A stretch of 45,831 bases of DNA. Source: a bacterium (GTDB taxonomy: Bacteria > Patescibacteriota > Saccharimonadia > Saccharimonadales > SZUA-47). The notes beneath the pieces were generated by a model that saw only the letters and a program-made list of their open reading frames with translations, was not told the origin of the DNA and did not search any database. Made by a program: the position numbers and the translations under genes. The stretch is from assembly GCA_009923445.1 (NCBI GenBank), contig RFTN01000006.1, positions 1-45,831 of the forward strand. The letters are read 5' to 3'. Shown here piece by piece: positions 9,707 to 19,531 of this stretch (positions within the stretch are counted from its first letter, which is position 1; each line of letters opens with the position of its first letter).

Positions 9707-11146
9707 ATGGGTGGATTGTATTTTGCCATTTACAATGACATTGGTTTTAATGCCGATTTTGTCACTTATTTTATGAAAATGAAATCGCGTGGACAAGATG
9801 ACACATCATTTGAAACGGACACATCTCCTTGCATTAATCAAGTAAACTACAATCAAGCGCTAATGTGTTTAAGCAAACGTGAGATCCAAAACTACAAACA
9901 AATCAATTACACATATGGATACCATCATACCAAGATTAACGATACATCAGACAACTACGTACAGCCATTTAGTGACCCCAAATTACACAAGGTACAAAAG
10001 TACCCAGAACTCCGCACACGACCAATACGAAAGTTGTTGTGTAATGGATCCGTATACAATTACACAGATTTAGTTCAGTCGGCTAATTTGACGGAGCGTG
10101 ACCTCGACACAACATCGGATGTGGAAATCATCTTGCCGTTGTATATACAATATGGTCTAGAGAAAACATTACAGATGATCAAAGGAGATTATAGCTTTGT
10201 GCTTACTGAAAACACGGGAACATTTGACACAAAAAAGACCAATGTATATGTTGCAAGAGACCCCATGGGAATGCGTAGCTTGTACATGGTTTCTAGCACA
10301 GACCCCAAACGGTTGTTTTACATGTTTGTGAGTGAATTATCATCTGTGCCTGAATTTATCTTGAAGAACACATCAGAATTTACCGTGTCTGAAGTTCCAC
10401 CTGGATCTTATTGGAGTTTCCAAGGGGCCCTTGATAAAGATAGCAAGTCATTGCCATTTTGCAAGTGGTTTAACATGGAATCGGAATTGAAGTATCTAGT
10501 GCCTACACCTGATCAACTATCGAGGTTATACAATGAAATACGTGAAACAACAACTTCTGCCGTGCTAAGAAGATACAACACAGACGTCTCATTTGGCATA
10601 CTCCTCGCAGGGTTTGATAGTTGTATTATCCTCGCTGTATTGCTCAAAAATTACCCTCAATTAGACATTGATCTAATTACCATTGGAGAAACAGATATCC
10701 GCGTTGCTGAAGAATGCGTTGATTACTGTAGACGTATGTATCCAGAATCTCAACTGCGACACCACAAACTATCCGTGGACAAAAAAACACGGTCCGTGCA
10801 AACACGGTCTCCCATGGATTATCTTGTAGAGTATGTCCTTTCACATACAAACATTAAAGTTCTTTTGTCAGGATATTACCTTGATGAACTATTTCAATTG
10901 GAAATTCCGCCAACCCTAAACTATGATGAAATGTATAATGGCATCGAATTTGCGTTTCCCTTTACCGATTTGACGTTTGTTAGTTTAATCAATAGCATCT
11001 CATTAAGCCTCAAATCGCCTCAACGTTATGACTACACCAAAAGCCCCATCGAAAAATATATCATTCGAAAGGCATTTGATATAGACTACAAATATCTCCC
11101 ATATTCTGTCCTGTGGGCACGCTCTAAAACAGCATCATTGCGGTAA
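9707..11146 (+). CDS. Asparagine synthetase B-like protein with degenerate catalytic motifs
   Basis: RGQD, QPF, CNGSVYNY, SDVE, ARDPMGMRSLY, VLLSG..DELF, PFTD, EKYIIRKAF and LP..VLW follow the AsnB layout. Confidence 0.8.
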   Translation: MGGLYFAIYNDIGFNADFVTYFMKMKSRGQDDTSFETDTSPCINQVNYNQALMCLSKREIQNYKQINYTYGYHHTKINDTSDNYVQPFSDPKLHKVQKYPELRTRPIRKLLCNGSVYNYTDLVQSANLTERDLDTTSDVEIILPLYIQYGLEKTLQMIKGDYSFVLTENTGTFDTKKTNVYVARDPMGMRSLYMVSSTDPKRLFYMFVSELSSVPEFILKNTSEFTVSEVPPGSYWSFQGALDKDSKSLPFCKWFNMESELKYLVPTPDQLSRLYNEIRETTTSAVLRRYNTDVSFGILLAGFDSCIILAVLLKNYPQLDIDLITIGETDIRVAEECVDYCRRMYPESQLRHHKLSVDKKTRSVQTRSPMDYLVEYVLSHTNIKVLLSGYYLDELFQLEIPPTLNYDEMYNGIEFAFPFTDLTFVSLINSISLSLKSPQRYDYTKSPIEKYIIRKAFDIDYKYLPYSVLWARSKTASLR

Positions 11147-11179
11147 ACTTGATCAACTTTTTTAAAGACTTAAGTATTA

Positions 11180-12112
11180 ATGGACAAACTAACAGAAATA
11201 CTAAGCCACTTTTTTGTTCCACCAACATTAAAGAAGACAAACAAAAAGACTGAAAATTCAATCACAAATACAACGTTAAATAGCACGTCAAATAGTATGT
11301 CGACCACGTCAAATAGTACGTCAAGTACACCACCTCTAAGCGACAGCGAACACAGCGAGCGCCCCAAAGAGCACAGCGAGCGCCACAGCGACAGCGAGCG
11401 CCACAGCGACAGCGAACACAGCGAGCGCCCCAACGACAGCGAGCGCCACAGCGACAGCGAGCGCCCCAACGACAGCGATAGCGAAGAGGACCAGCCTGTA
11501 TTCACAAAGTATATCTTGAAGGCATCGGAATTGGCCGAATCACGAGTATTTATTGTAGGGAGTGATGCCAAAGAAAATATGAGGACGTTGGGGGATATTC
11601 TTCATAAATTGAGCAATGCAGCGACAGAAAGTACTTTTCAAAAGACAATAAAAGTTTTAAGCAATTCAAAGAACAAATATAGCTATAAAAAAATGCTGCT
11701 GGAGAATCCTTATTTGTATTTTACAGAGTTTACAATACACTCCAAGTTTACAGAAAAGCTAATTACAAAGGAACATAAAAAATGCGTGGTGATTGTAGAT
11801 TTCCAATTGGTACTTGAGGATGCTCAATTGGTAAACAAACTAGACAATTGTGTTGTAATAGTTGTCAATAACTTTAGGGACACGGGTATTCTTGTTGAGA
11901 CATACAAGTCCACCATTGCGAAAAAGATATTGGTTTTCAAACGTGGCAATTTAAAAATGCTACAGCGTCACTTTTACAAAAAAATAGTGTGTCCGCTAAA
12001 TTTGCATTTGAACTTGTTCCCTACATTTGATCAATTCTACAAAGCAATTTCCGACGAGGAGCTAGACATTCGTTTTTTGGTCCTGGTGAACAACCAATTA
12101 AAGTGGAATTAG
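11180..12112 (+). CDS. Hypothetical protein with SERHSD/SERPND low-complexity repeat
   Basis: ATG ORF; cagcga-based repeats at ~11340-11485. Confidence 0.7.
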   Translation: MDKLTEILSHFFVPPTLKKTNKKTENSITNTTLNSTSNSMSTTSNSTSSTPPLSDSEHSERPKEHSERHSDSERHSDSEHSERPNDSERHSDSERPNDSDSEEDQPVFTKYILKASELAESRVFIVGSDAKENMRTLGDILHKLSNAATESTFQKTIKVLSNSKNKYSYKKMLLENPYLYFTEFTIHSKFTEKLITKEHKKCVVIVDFQLVLEDAQLVNKLDNCVVIVVNNFRDTGILVETYKSTIAKKILVFKRGNLKMLQRHFYKKIVCPLNLHLNLFPTFDQFYKAISDEELDIRFLVLVNNQLKWN

Positions 12113-12805
12113 TTACACAGGGGCACTTGCCACAGCTTCTGGATCAGTAAAGTTTTGCCTCCATTCGCCATTTCCATCAGAAGGAGGTTTGCACTTTTCA
12201 GTAACAATGACACCAGCATTGATAAGCAAAGTGGCTACAAGAGGTGCAGTCGTAGGTTCTTCCCATCTTACATTGTAGGGCAAACCCATTGCACGTGCAA
12301 ACTTTTGGAGTACTTCGTTTGCAGTGCCTTTAGTAGAACTTAGCAATTGCTTGTAAGCTTGATTGACAGATTCTTGTAGCTTTAGGGTGTCCCCGCCAAA
12401 CAGTGCAATGAGCTGATCATTTGTCACATTGATACAACTTGGATGAATATGAATATGAGGTTCTATGAGTTTGCTCGTTGCTGTTGGTGTGTATTGAGCT
12501 GTGTAATTTGCATAAGACTCGAGTGCACTTCGACCAGAAAGAACGTTCATCGTAACAACAAAGGCAATAGAGAGAATAATACTTAATTGGAAATCAACTT
12601 GACTAATGTAGAGAATCAATGTAAGTGCAAGCATCTTAAAGTAAGTGTTCTTGAAAAGTCCCTTCATGAAATCCGGGGGATTAGGTGCAATACTAGAAGC
12701 GTACAATGTCAACGTTATTTTTAGAATTGCCATAATGTAAGGATTTGTCATGGCGGGTTGAATAAACTCCTCTGCTCGTTTTGAAAATTCTTTTAACTGT
12801 TCCAT
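12113..12805 (-). CDS. Hypothetical multi-pass membrane protein (paralogue of 2003-2776)
   Basis: LYASSIAPNPP...LFKNTYFKML...IILSIAF matches the N-terminal domain of the 2003-2776 product. Confidence 0.72.
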   Translation of the reverse strand: MEQLKEFSKRAEEFIQPAMTNPYIMAILKITLTLYASSIAPNPPDFMKGLFKNTYFKMLALTLILYISQVDFQLSIILSIAFVVTMNVLSGRSALESYANYTAQYTPTATSKLIEPHIHIHPSCINVTNDQLIALFGGDTLKLQESVNQAYKQLLSSTKGTANEVLQKFARAMGLPYNVRWEEPTTAPLVATLLINAGVIVTEKCKPPSDGNGEWRQNFTDPEAVASAPV

Positions 12806-12913
12806 TGTTGTATTGTAAGTACCAAATAAATTAACTTACGTAAATTTACATACGTTAATTTACCTTTGCAATTTTACGTGTGAATAAGTAAATTTTTTTC
12901 AGAATGTCTTGTA

Positions 12914-13372
12914 ATGGTATTAATGGCCTTGCAAGGTACACGCTCAGTGAAGCGTAAACTGAGTAAGCTCGATTTAGAGTTAGACCGTACGGAATACATA
13001 CCAAGAGAAATCTCATCAACACCACAATTACACGCTAACAGCAAGATCTTATCAGATTACCTTTACTATCCTGACTCTAGATCACCCAACTCCAAGTTTG
13101 ACGAGGAATGCATTGCACGTTATGGCGAACAGACGTGTATACTTTACCAAATTCAACAAGACACATCTAGTGATAAATATGAATTGCGTACCCTGAACAA
13201 TGCAAGTGATCCTATATGTGTTTCAAAAAAGCTGTTTTCTGAATTAATTCCTAGTTTAGTATCTAAAAAGTACACTGTGGTCATAGTTGATTATATTACA
13301 GGTTCTGGCCATGATATTACCGCAGTTCATACAAATGACATAAAATTATTTAATCCAATTATTCTTTTTTAA
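12914..13372 (+). CDS. Small protein resembling a degenerate MutS domain I
   Basis: RYGEQTCILYQ and SLVSKKYTVVIVD align by eye with KYGDRTVVLMQ and SLIDNGYTVVVVE of the downstream MutS7. Confidence 0.55.
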   Translation: MVLMALQGTRSVKRKLSKLDLELDRTEYIPREISSTPQLHANSKILSDYLYYPDSRSPNSKFDEECIARYGEQTCILYQIQQDTSSDKYELRTLNNASDPICVSKKLFSELIPSLVSKKYTVVIVDYITGSGHDITAVHTNDIKLFNPIILF

Positions 13373-13442
13373 CACACGCACATACATCACACACGCGTGT
13401 GTTTATTTAAAACAAACTAAACTACGTAATTAATTGTATGAA

Positions 13443-16217
13443 ATGAGTGCATCTGAAAAGGGGGTAATACAGTATTACTTCAACTTACACAAGGAATATG
13501 CCTCAAAATATGGTGATAGGACGGTGGTGTTGATGCAAATGGGTGCATTTTACGAGATGATGGGTCTTCCAGGAGGGCAATTCGACATTCACAAGGTAGC
13601 AAGTGTAATTAATGTAAATGTAACACGGAGTAATAAAGGGATTCAGGAAGTTTCTCTTAGTAACCCTTATCTTTCTGGATTTCCCCTTGCAAGTTTAAAC
13701 AAGTACACATTGTCACTCATCGACAATGGATACACAGTAGTAGTGGTCGAGCAATCTGATGACAATCCCAAGGCCAGAAAGGTTACTGGAGTTTACTCGC
13801 TTGGAGCAATGCCGCTGGATGTCCTTGACACTAGGAATTGCGTGCTTATGACTGTGATATTTGAACAGGTGATGAGCGTGGTGTGCATAGATGTAGCTAC
13901 AAGTGAAGTAACTGTTTACGAAGTGGAACCAAATCTGGACACTTTAGGTGAGTTGTCAAAGGCACACGACATAACAGAGCTTGTTGTGTTTAGTCGATCA
14001 AACACAGAATCATTTGAAACAGCAATACGCGAATCTATAGATTGCGATTCCATTCACTTCTTAATGGCGAACAATACCGCGGAAAATGTCAATTTTCAAG
14101 ATAGATTTTTTAGACGTGTGTATTCCTGGATCAATTTTGGATTAATCTCACCTGCTGAGTACTTTAACATGGAATATCACCCAACAAGTCTATACAACTG
14201 TGTACTTGCACTTGAATTTCTCGAGAGCCACAATGAACGGTACCTGGTAAATTTGCGTCCGCCTAAGCTAGTACACCAGTCAGATGGAGTGTCCTTGCAG
14301 TTGAATACACTTCACCAGCTTGGCATTTTTGGAGGTCGCAAAAAGACAGATTGTGTATTCAATGTCGTCGATCACACCGTCACTGCTATAGGACGACGTG
14401 AGCTGCGAATGAGGTTGTCTAAACCATTTAAATGCCCCGACGAAATACGCACACGTCTTAATCTATGCGAAGCGTTCGACAAAGATGCGTCTTTTGACTA
14501 TGTAAGAGCCGAATTGTCCAAGACGGTAGATGTGTCTAAACTGCATCGTAAGTTGGCTCTAGGGATTGCAAATATAGGTGACATCCTGTTAATTGCACAA
14601 ACGTATACGCAGGTTATAGATATACTCTCTAAGTTGTCTAATGAAGTTCATGTACAGTTACAAGGGCAATTACAGAAAAACGTACAAACCATTGTGTCAG
14701 AAATACAAACCTTTGTGACACAAATACTAAATGTAATCACGGATGACAAGCATATGCATCCTTTTCATCGAGGTGTGTATCCATACCTTGACAAACTTGC
14801 AAGTGATATCCAGGCTCAATTTGACACACTAACGGGTATACGCAAGGTACTAGAGGATGCCATTGGTCAACCCGATTCAGTAAAACTTGTGTGTACTGAA
14901 TCTGAATACACCTTTACCACGACCAAGATACGAATGGAAATTTTGCGCAAAAAGTTGCCGAAGGAATTCATGGATAAACTACGGATAAAAACTAATTCAA
15001 GTACTGTTAAGATTACTAGCAATGAAATAGAAAGGGTATCAGACACCATCAAAACGTCACGTGCTGTGCTTGACGAATCTGTGCGTCGCGAAACTGGAAC
15101 CCTTGTAGAAAGGCTATACAAAAGTGCAACCCCATTTGCTGATGCAGTTGTAGATACAATAGCATTAATGGACGTTTGTTTGTCAAGTGTTCTGCTCAAG
15201 AGGAAATACAATTACTGTCTACCTCAAATAAGCACGTCAGACAAGGGGTCGGGTATAAGTGTGTCTGGATTAAGACACCCCGTTATCGAGCGTATTTCCA
15301 AGACGATTTATGTACCAGCTGATGTGACATTGGACGAAAATCAGTTTGGGATGATATTGTACGCAATTAACTCCACAGGTAAAAGCAGTTTACTTAGATC
15401 ACTAGGAATCGCTGTGATCCTTGCACAATGCGGCATGTATGTACCCGCATCTGAAATCGTCTTGACCCCTTTTCATACCATCGCGTCCCAGGTAGACATG
15501 CAAGACAATATTATGAAAGGCCAAAGCTCGTTTGTGGCTGAGATGTCCGGTTTGCGCAGGATTGCTGAAGTTGCAGATTCGTATACACTTGTTTTAAGTG
15601 ATGAGCTCACAAAAGGCACAGAACATATTTCTGCAACAAGTATTTTTGCATCAACAGTACTGTTCTTAAAAGACCGGGGAGCAAAATTCCTTTTCACAAC
15701 GCATCTCACAGAAGTCAGTAAATTAGAATGTATTAAAAATTGTCGAGGTCTGCAAATTTGCCATTTAAGCGTGCACATTGACAATGGAAAAATCACTTTT
15801 GAACGCCAACTCCGTGAGGGAGTATGTGATGAACTCTATGGACTTGAAGTGGCCCGTGCGACAGGTGTCAACAAAATGCTTATAGATAAGGCGTTCCAGA
15901 TCCGCAATGGACTAACCCAACGTACTCACAAGCGGGCAAATTCCAGCAAGTATAATGCGAAAAAAATTGTAGAATCATGTGAAATATGCGGACACCGTCC
16001 ACACAATCCCACGCAGAAGGAGCTCGAAACACACCACATCCATTTCCAAAACACGGCAGACACACGAGGCTTTATATCACACTTTCACAAAAATACCTTG
16101 GGAAACTTGGTTGCGTTGTGCCACAAATGTCACTCAGAACTTCATAACGGACAACTTGCAATTCATGGCTACGTTCAAACATCAGATGGAATCAAATTAC
16201 AATGGAATTATGTCTAA
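13443..16217 (+). CDS. mutS7: MutS7-type mismatch repair ATPase with C-terminal HNH endonuclease
   Basis: LMQMGAFYE (domain I), RHPVIE, NSTGKSS, SSFVAEM, DELTKGTE, FTTH, YGLEVA; C-terminal CEIC...ETHHI...NLVALCHKCH. Confidence 0.95.
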   Translation: MSASEKGVIQYYFNLHKEYASKYGDRTVVLMQMGAFYEMMGLPGGQFDIHKVASVINVNVTRSNKGIQEVSLSNPYLSGFPLASLNKYTLSLIDNGYTVVVVEQSDDNPKARKVTGVYSLGAMPLDVLDTRNCVLMTVIFEQVMSVVCIDVATSEVTVYEVEPNLDTLGELSKAHDITELVVFSRSNTESFETAIRESIDCDSIHFLMANNTAENVNFQDRFFRRVYSWINFGLISPAEYFNMEYHPTSLYNCVLALEFLESHNERYLVNLRPPKLVHQSDGVSLQLNTLHQLGIFGGRKKTDCVFNVVDHTVTAIGRRELRMRLSKPFKCPDEIRTRLNLCEAFDKDASFDYVRAELSKTVDVSKLHRKLALGIANIGDILLIAQTYTQVIDILSKLSNEVHVQLQGQLQKNVQTIVSEIQTFVTQILNVITDDKHMHPFHRGVYPYLDKLASDIQAQFDTLTGIRKVLEDAIGQPDSVKLVCTESEYTFTTTKIRMEILRKKLPKEFMDKLRIKTNSSTVKITSNEIERVSDTIKTSRAVLDESVRRETGTLVERLYKSATPFADAVVDTIALMDVCLSSVLLKRKYNYCLPQISTSDKGSGISVSGLRHPVIERISKTIYVPADVTLDENQFGMILYAINSTGKSSLLRSLGIAVILAQCGMYVPASEIVLTPFHTIASQVDMQDNIMKGQSSFVAEMSGLRRIAEVADSYTLVLSDELTKGTEHISATSIFASTVLFLKDRGAKFLFTTHLTEVSKLECIKNCRGLQICHLSVHIDNGKITFERQLREGVCDELYGLEVARATGVNKMLIDKAFQIRNGLTQRTHKRANSSKYNAKKIVESCEICGHRPHNPTQKELETHHIHFQNTADTRGFISHFHKNTLGNLVALCHKCHSELHNGQLAIHGYVQTSDGIKLQWNYV

Positions 16218-16229
16218 ACCCAAATAAAT

Positions 16230-16263
16230 TACACAATTAAGCATACAATTATTTAATTGTGTA
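16230..16263. terminator. Hairpin downstream of MutS7 (possible 3'-end/polyadenylation signal)
   Basis: tacacaattaa (16230-16240) pairs with ttaattgtgta (16253-16263). Confidence 0.5.
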
Positions 16264-16275
16264 TAGTTAAGTAAG

Positions 16276-16602
16276 ATGGACTTTTTTCTTGAGTACGTCT
16301 CCAAGAATATGAGCCCTAAAGAAATTCTAGATCAATGCTTTAAATACAAAACTTTGTGTAAACGTCATAGAAAAAAAGTATGCGAGCTTCTCCTCAAACG
16401 TCATGGATACGTTGTGGACGGATCTTACGATGCCTGCCAAGTTTACTTGATCTTGCATAAAGTGCTAAATGTAAGCTACATCAGAAACATGGATGCAAAG
16501 GATCCACTTAACGTTCAACGAATACTATACATAAAACGAAATATCCCTGAACCGTATAAAACTCAACTGTTACAATTCATTAAAGTCAATCAACTGGAGT
16601 AA
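16276..16602 (+). CDS. Hypothetical protein
   Basis: 108 aa ATG ORF filling an intergenic gap. Confidence 0.6.
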   Translation: MDFFLEYVSKNMSPKEILDQCFKYKTLCKRHRKKVCELLLKRHGYVVDGSYDACQVYLILHKVLNVSYIRNMDAKDPLNVQRILYIKRNIPEPYKTQLLQFIKVNQLE

Positions 16603-16975
16603 TCGAGTCTCGAGTCATTCCTTTTGCTAAGAATACAGCGCACACTGTAAATGTAAACTTTGCCAATATCTTATTAAATGGATCCAAGTCCGTACCTTGT
16701 GTAAAGCCTCTTAACGCATAACTATTGTAAATAAAAAACTCAAACAACACAACCAATAAACCCGTCAAGAATGGTGTAATATCCACATTGACGTCAAATC
16801 GACTGGTAGTTTGAATGTAATCTGCTAATAGATAACTCCCCGTTACAATAACTACTGCAGCAACTATCCGTGTAAGAAATACAGAAGTTACAGGAAACTT
16901 GGTCACGGGATAATAGTATATAATTACTGATTCCAACAACAGCATTGCAATTGCAATAGCAAATGGTGTTGTCAT
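16586..16975 (-). CDS. Small membrane protein (~4 TM)
   Basis: ATG ORF with four hydrophobic segments. Confidence 0.65.
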   Translation of the reverse strand: MTTPFAIAIAMLLLESVIIYYYPVTKFPVTSVFLTRIVAAVVIVTGSYLLADYIQTTSRFDVNVDITPFLTGLLVVLFEFFIYNSYALRGFTQGTDLDPFNKILAKFTFTVCAVFLAKGMTRDSITPVD

Positions 16976-17000
16976 TTAAAATTAACAAAGTAAAAATTGT

Positions 17001-17174
17001 TCACATTTTAAATTGCTGCTTAAATTGTGCTTGTTTGTCCAATTCTATTTGCACCTTTAACTTTGAGAGGGCCTTTTCTATTCCATTTATCTTCATTTTG
17101 AGCTCTTTTATTTGAGATCTCAATTTGGCCGTTTCTACACTGGATTGGGATCCTTTACTTAATTTGCTGCCCAT
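17001..17174 (-). CDS. Small coiled-coil protein with N-myristoylation-like start
   Basis: ATG at 17174 gives MGSKLSKG (MGxxxS) followed by a heptad-like helix. Confidence 0.55.
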   Translation of the reverse strand: MGSKLSKGSQSSVETAKLRSQIKELKMKINGIEKALSKLKVQIELDKQAQFKQQFKM

Positions 17175-17213
17175 ACAATTTGTATCTAAAAGTATTTTTT
17201 TCAATACGATTCA

Positions 17214-19460
17214 CTACCATTTGTGATCCTTGTACAGATCCAAGATCTTGTTTTCAAATTCGTCCACAAACTCTGTGTAATTGCAGACGTGTCCATTCAG
17301 GAACTTTTGTCGAACGTTGTGTTTAAGATTTTGTAGACTAGCCATATTTTTCGCCAAGTAAACCGCCCTATTAACATAGTCGTCGTGCGAAAACGTAACG
17401 AATTCCTGCATCCCCGAGTTTTTCATGAGACTTGTTGTGACATTCTGGGAGTGATAGTGCCTGACATTGTCAAACAGCGTTATGATTGGCACGCCCATCA
17501 ACAAGGCTTCGCAACTAGTCGTCGTACCCGAATAGGGAAATGTATCAAGAGCCACATCCATTTTATTATAGTCCAATAGATGTTCATGGTACGTATCTGA
17601 ATAGTTTAACACGGTGATACGTTGAAGAATAGAGCGGTCTGTGAAACTATCCTCAAACTGTTTTTTTAGTTTAGGAGTCAAAAACTCCTTTGTCTTGATG
17701 ACGAATCTTGCATCAGGTATAGCGGCCAACACACGTTCCCAAATAGAAATGACAAGCTTGTTGATTTTGTTATACCTGTTGAAACACCCAAATGTAATGT
17801 ACCCATTTCTTGTACATGGTTGAACAGCCGCCAGTCCAGGTAAATTATTTATTCCCATACCAGGCGTATAAGCCAAAAAGCAATGTTTCATAAAAACAAG
17901 TCGCTCGGTATAGTACTTTTGCGATTTTTCGCTGTCACAAAACGTGTCTGTGATGCGATAATCCATACTCTTGATGCCCGCAGAATTAGGATACCCACAA
18001 TAACTTATTTGAATGGGTGCAGGCTTCAACACAAAAGTGTCCAATCGGTTGTCTCCTGTATGTGCTGACAAATCAAACAAGACATCAATTTTGTCCGCCT
18101 GGATTTTGGCTTTAAAATCTTCAGGAGACATATTCTTGACCACCGCCCACTTGCATTTTGGGTATGTATCATGTAAACTTACTACCTTTACAGAGTAACA
18201 ATGGACATTGAACAAGTCATAATTGATATGACTCAAAATACTGTTTAGGAAATAACTCACAGGATGACAAATAAAATCGCCTGAAACAAATCCAATGTTG
18301 ACCTTTACACCACGTTGAATGAGATCTGCTTTAGATGTAAACGTGAGGAGCTCCGTTTTAGGTTTGTATTCCGGACAGCCCTTGCGGTAATCAGATATCA
18401 CCACTGGATAAATTTTATTAATGTTCTTGTGCAAATTAGCAATGTACATAGGGTCATCAATCAGATGTGAAATGTAATTTGAATCAAGCAACTTGTTCTG
18501 ATACGCAAGCGACAACCTGGGCTTGTACTTGAGCGCCTTGTTGTAACATTCTATGGCACCAATAAAGTCACACTCATAACATTTTGCCAACCCCATATTC
18601 ATGTTCATGCTTGCTGCAAGCATATCAGAATCCACTGAAATGTGCGCCTTGCTGATATTTTTTATACCACGCTCATAATGATAAATTGCCTTGTCCGTGA
18701 AACGAAGTTCTGTGTACACAACAGCCATCTGGTTGTTTATATCAGGATCATCAGGTAAGATCTTGTGCGCAAGGTCAAAGTAATACAATGCCGTATCGCG
18801 ATCCTGAATGCTGTAATACACACTGCCAATACCGTTAAGGCATTTGACCTTGAACTCCTTTAAGGACTTGCGACTCGCCTTTGGATGAAGGAGCAAAGTG
18901 TCAATCAGTCCAATGGCCATTTTGTAGTGAATAATGCTATCTTCCAATTTATTTGCCCGGTGATACAAGAACCCGTAATTGTATTGCACCTGATAGTCAC
19001 ATGGATCCACCATCACTACTTGTCTTAGGTATCCCAAGTTCTCTTCTACATTTGGATTAAACAATGTAAGATACAAGAATACGATTTTATACAGTTCTTT
19101 GGCATCACTATGAAATGGTTCTAGATTCAACACCTTTCTAAGATGTGCAATCGAAATATACAGTGTATTTTTTTCCTGTGCAGTAAGTCCCTTGCGATCC
19201 ATCTGCAATCCAATGGTACGCACTAGTAGCTCAGCACTAATAAAATACACATGTTTAATGATATCCTTGTGACGTTGTGTAACAAATTGATTTTGATCAT
19301 CAAGGAATTTGATCATTTTGGCAGAACGATTGATGCAATCACGATATTTTGCATGATCAATTGTGCCCTTCTTAGTAAAGTCGTTTTGAGCCTCATTGTA
19401 CAGCTTGTCCAAAACCTTGTATTCTTCGAGCAAAGTTTCAATGCTGTTAACCTCGGACAT
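17214..19460 (-). CDS. TPR-containing GT41 glycosyltransferase, SPINDLY/OGT family
   Basis: N-terminal TPRs; catalytic motifs IGFVSGDFICHPVSYF, DLSAHT..NRL..F..KPAPIQISYCGYP, ITFGCFN..NKI, DVALDTFPYSGTTTSCEALLMGVP. Confidence 0.92.
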   Translation of the reverse strand: MSEVNSIETLLEEYKVLDKLYNEAQNDFTKKGTIDHAKYRDCINRSAKMIKFLDDQNQFVTQRHKDIIKHVYFISAELLVRTIGLQMDRKGLTAQEKNTLYISIAHLRKVLNLEPFHSDAKELYKIVFLYLTLFNPNVEENLGYLRQVVMVDPCDYQVQYNYGFLYHRANKLEDSIIHYKMAIGLIDTLLLHPKASRKSLKEFKVKCLNGIGSVYYSIQDRDTALYYFDLAHKILPDDPDINNQMAVVYTELRFTDKAIYHYERGIKNISKAHISVDSDMLAASMNMNMGLAKCYECDFIGAIECYNKALKYKPRLSLAYQNKLLDSNYISHLIDDPMYIANLHKNINKIYPVVISDYRKGCPEYKPKTELLTFTSKADLIQRGVKVNIGFVSGDFICHPVSYFLNSILSHINYDLFNVHCYSVKVVSLHDTYPKCKWAVVKNMSPEDFKAKIQADKIDVLFDLSAHTGDNRLDTFVLKPAPIQISYCGYPNSAGIKSMDYRITDTFCDSEKSQKYYTERLVFMKHCFLAYTPGMGINNLPGLAAVQPCTRNGYITFGCFNRYNKINKLVISIWERVLAAIPDARFVIKTKEFLTPKLKKQFEDSFTDRSILQRITVLNYSDTYHEHLLDYNKMDVALDTFPYSGTTTSCEALLMGVPIITLFDNVRHYHSQNVTTSLMKNSGMQEFVTFSHDDYVNRAVYLAKNMASLQNLKHNVRQKFLNGHVCNYTEFVDEFENKILDLYKDHKW

Positions 19461-19531
19461 TTAATGTAATCAAATGTAATAAATTGGAAAAACTAACGAA
19501 TGCAGAATTTGATTTTGATTGGTAATAATAA

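Noticed and set aside
9409-9796. Minus-strand ORFs with VEVSKCRS repeats
   Set aside because: They are translations of the 8-mer microsatellite and overlap real genes.
15970-16217. HNH domain as an independent homing endonuclease or intein
   Set aside because: It is the in-frame C-terminal domain that defines MutS7.
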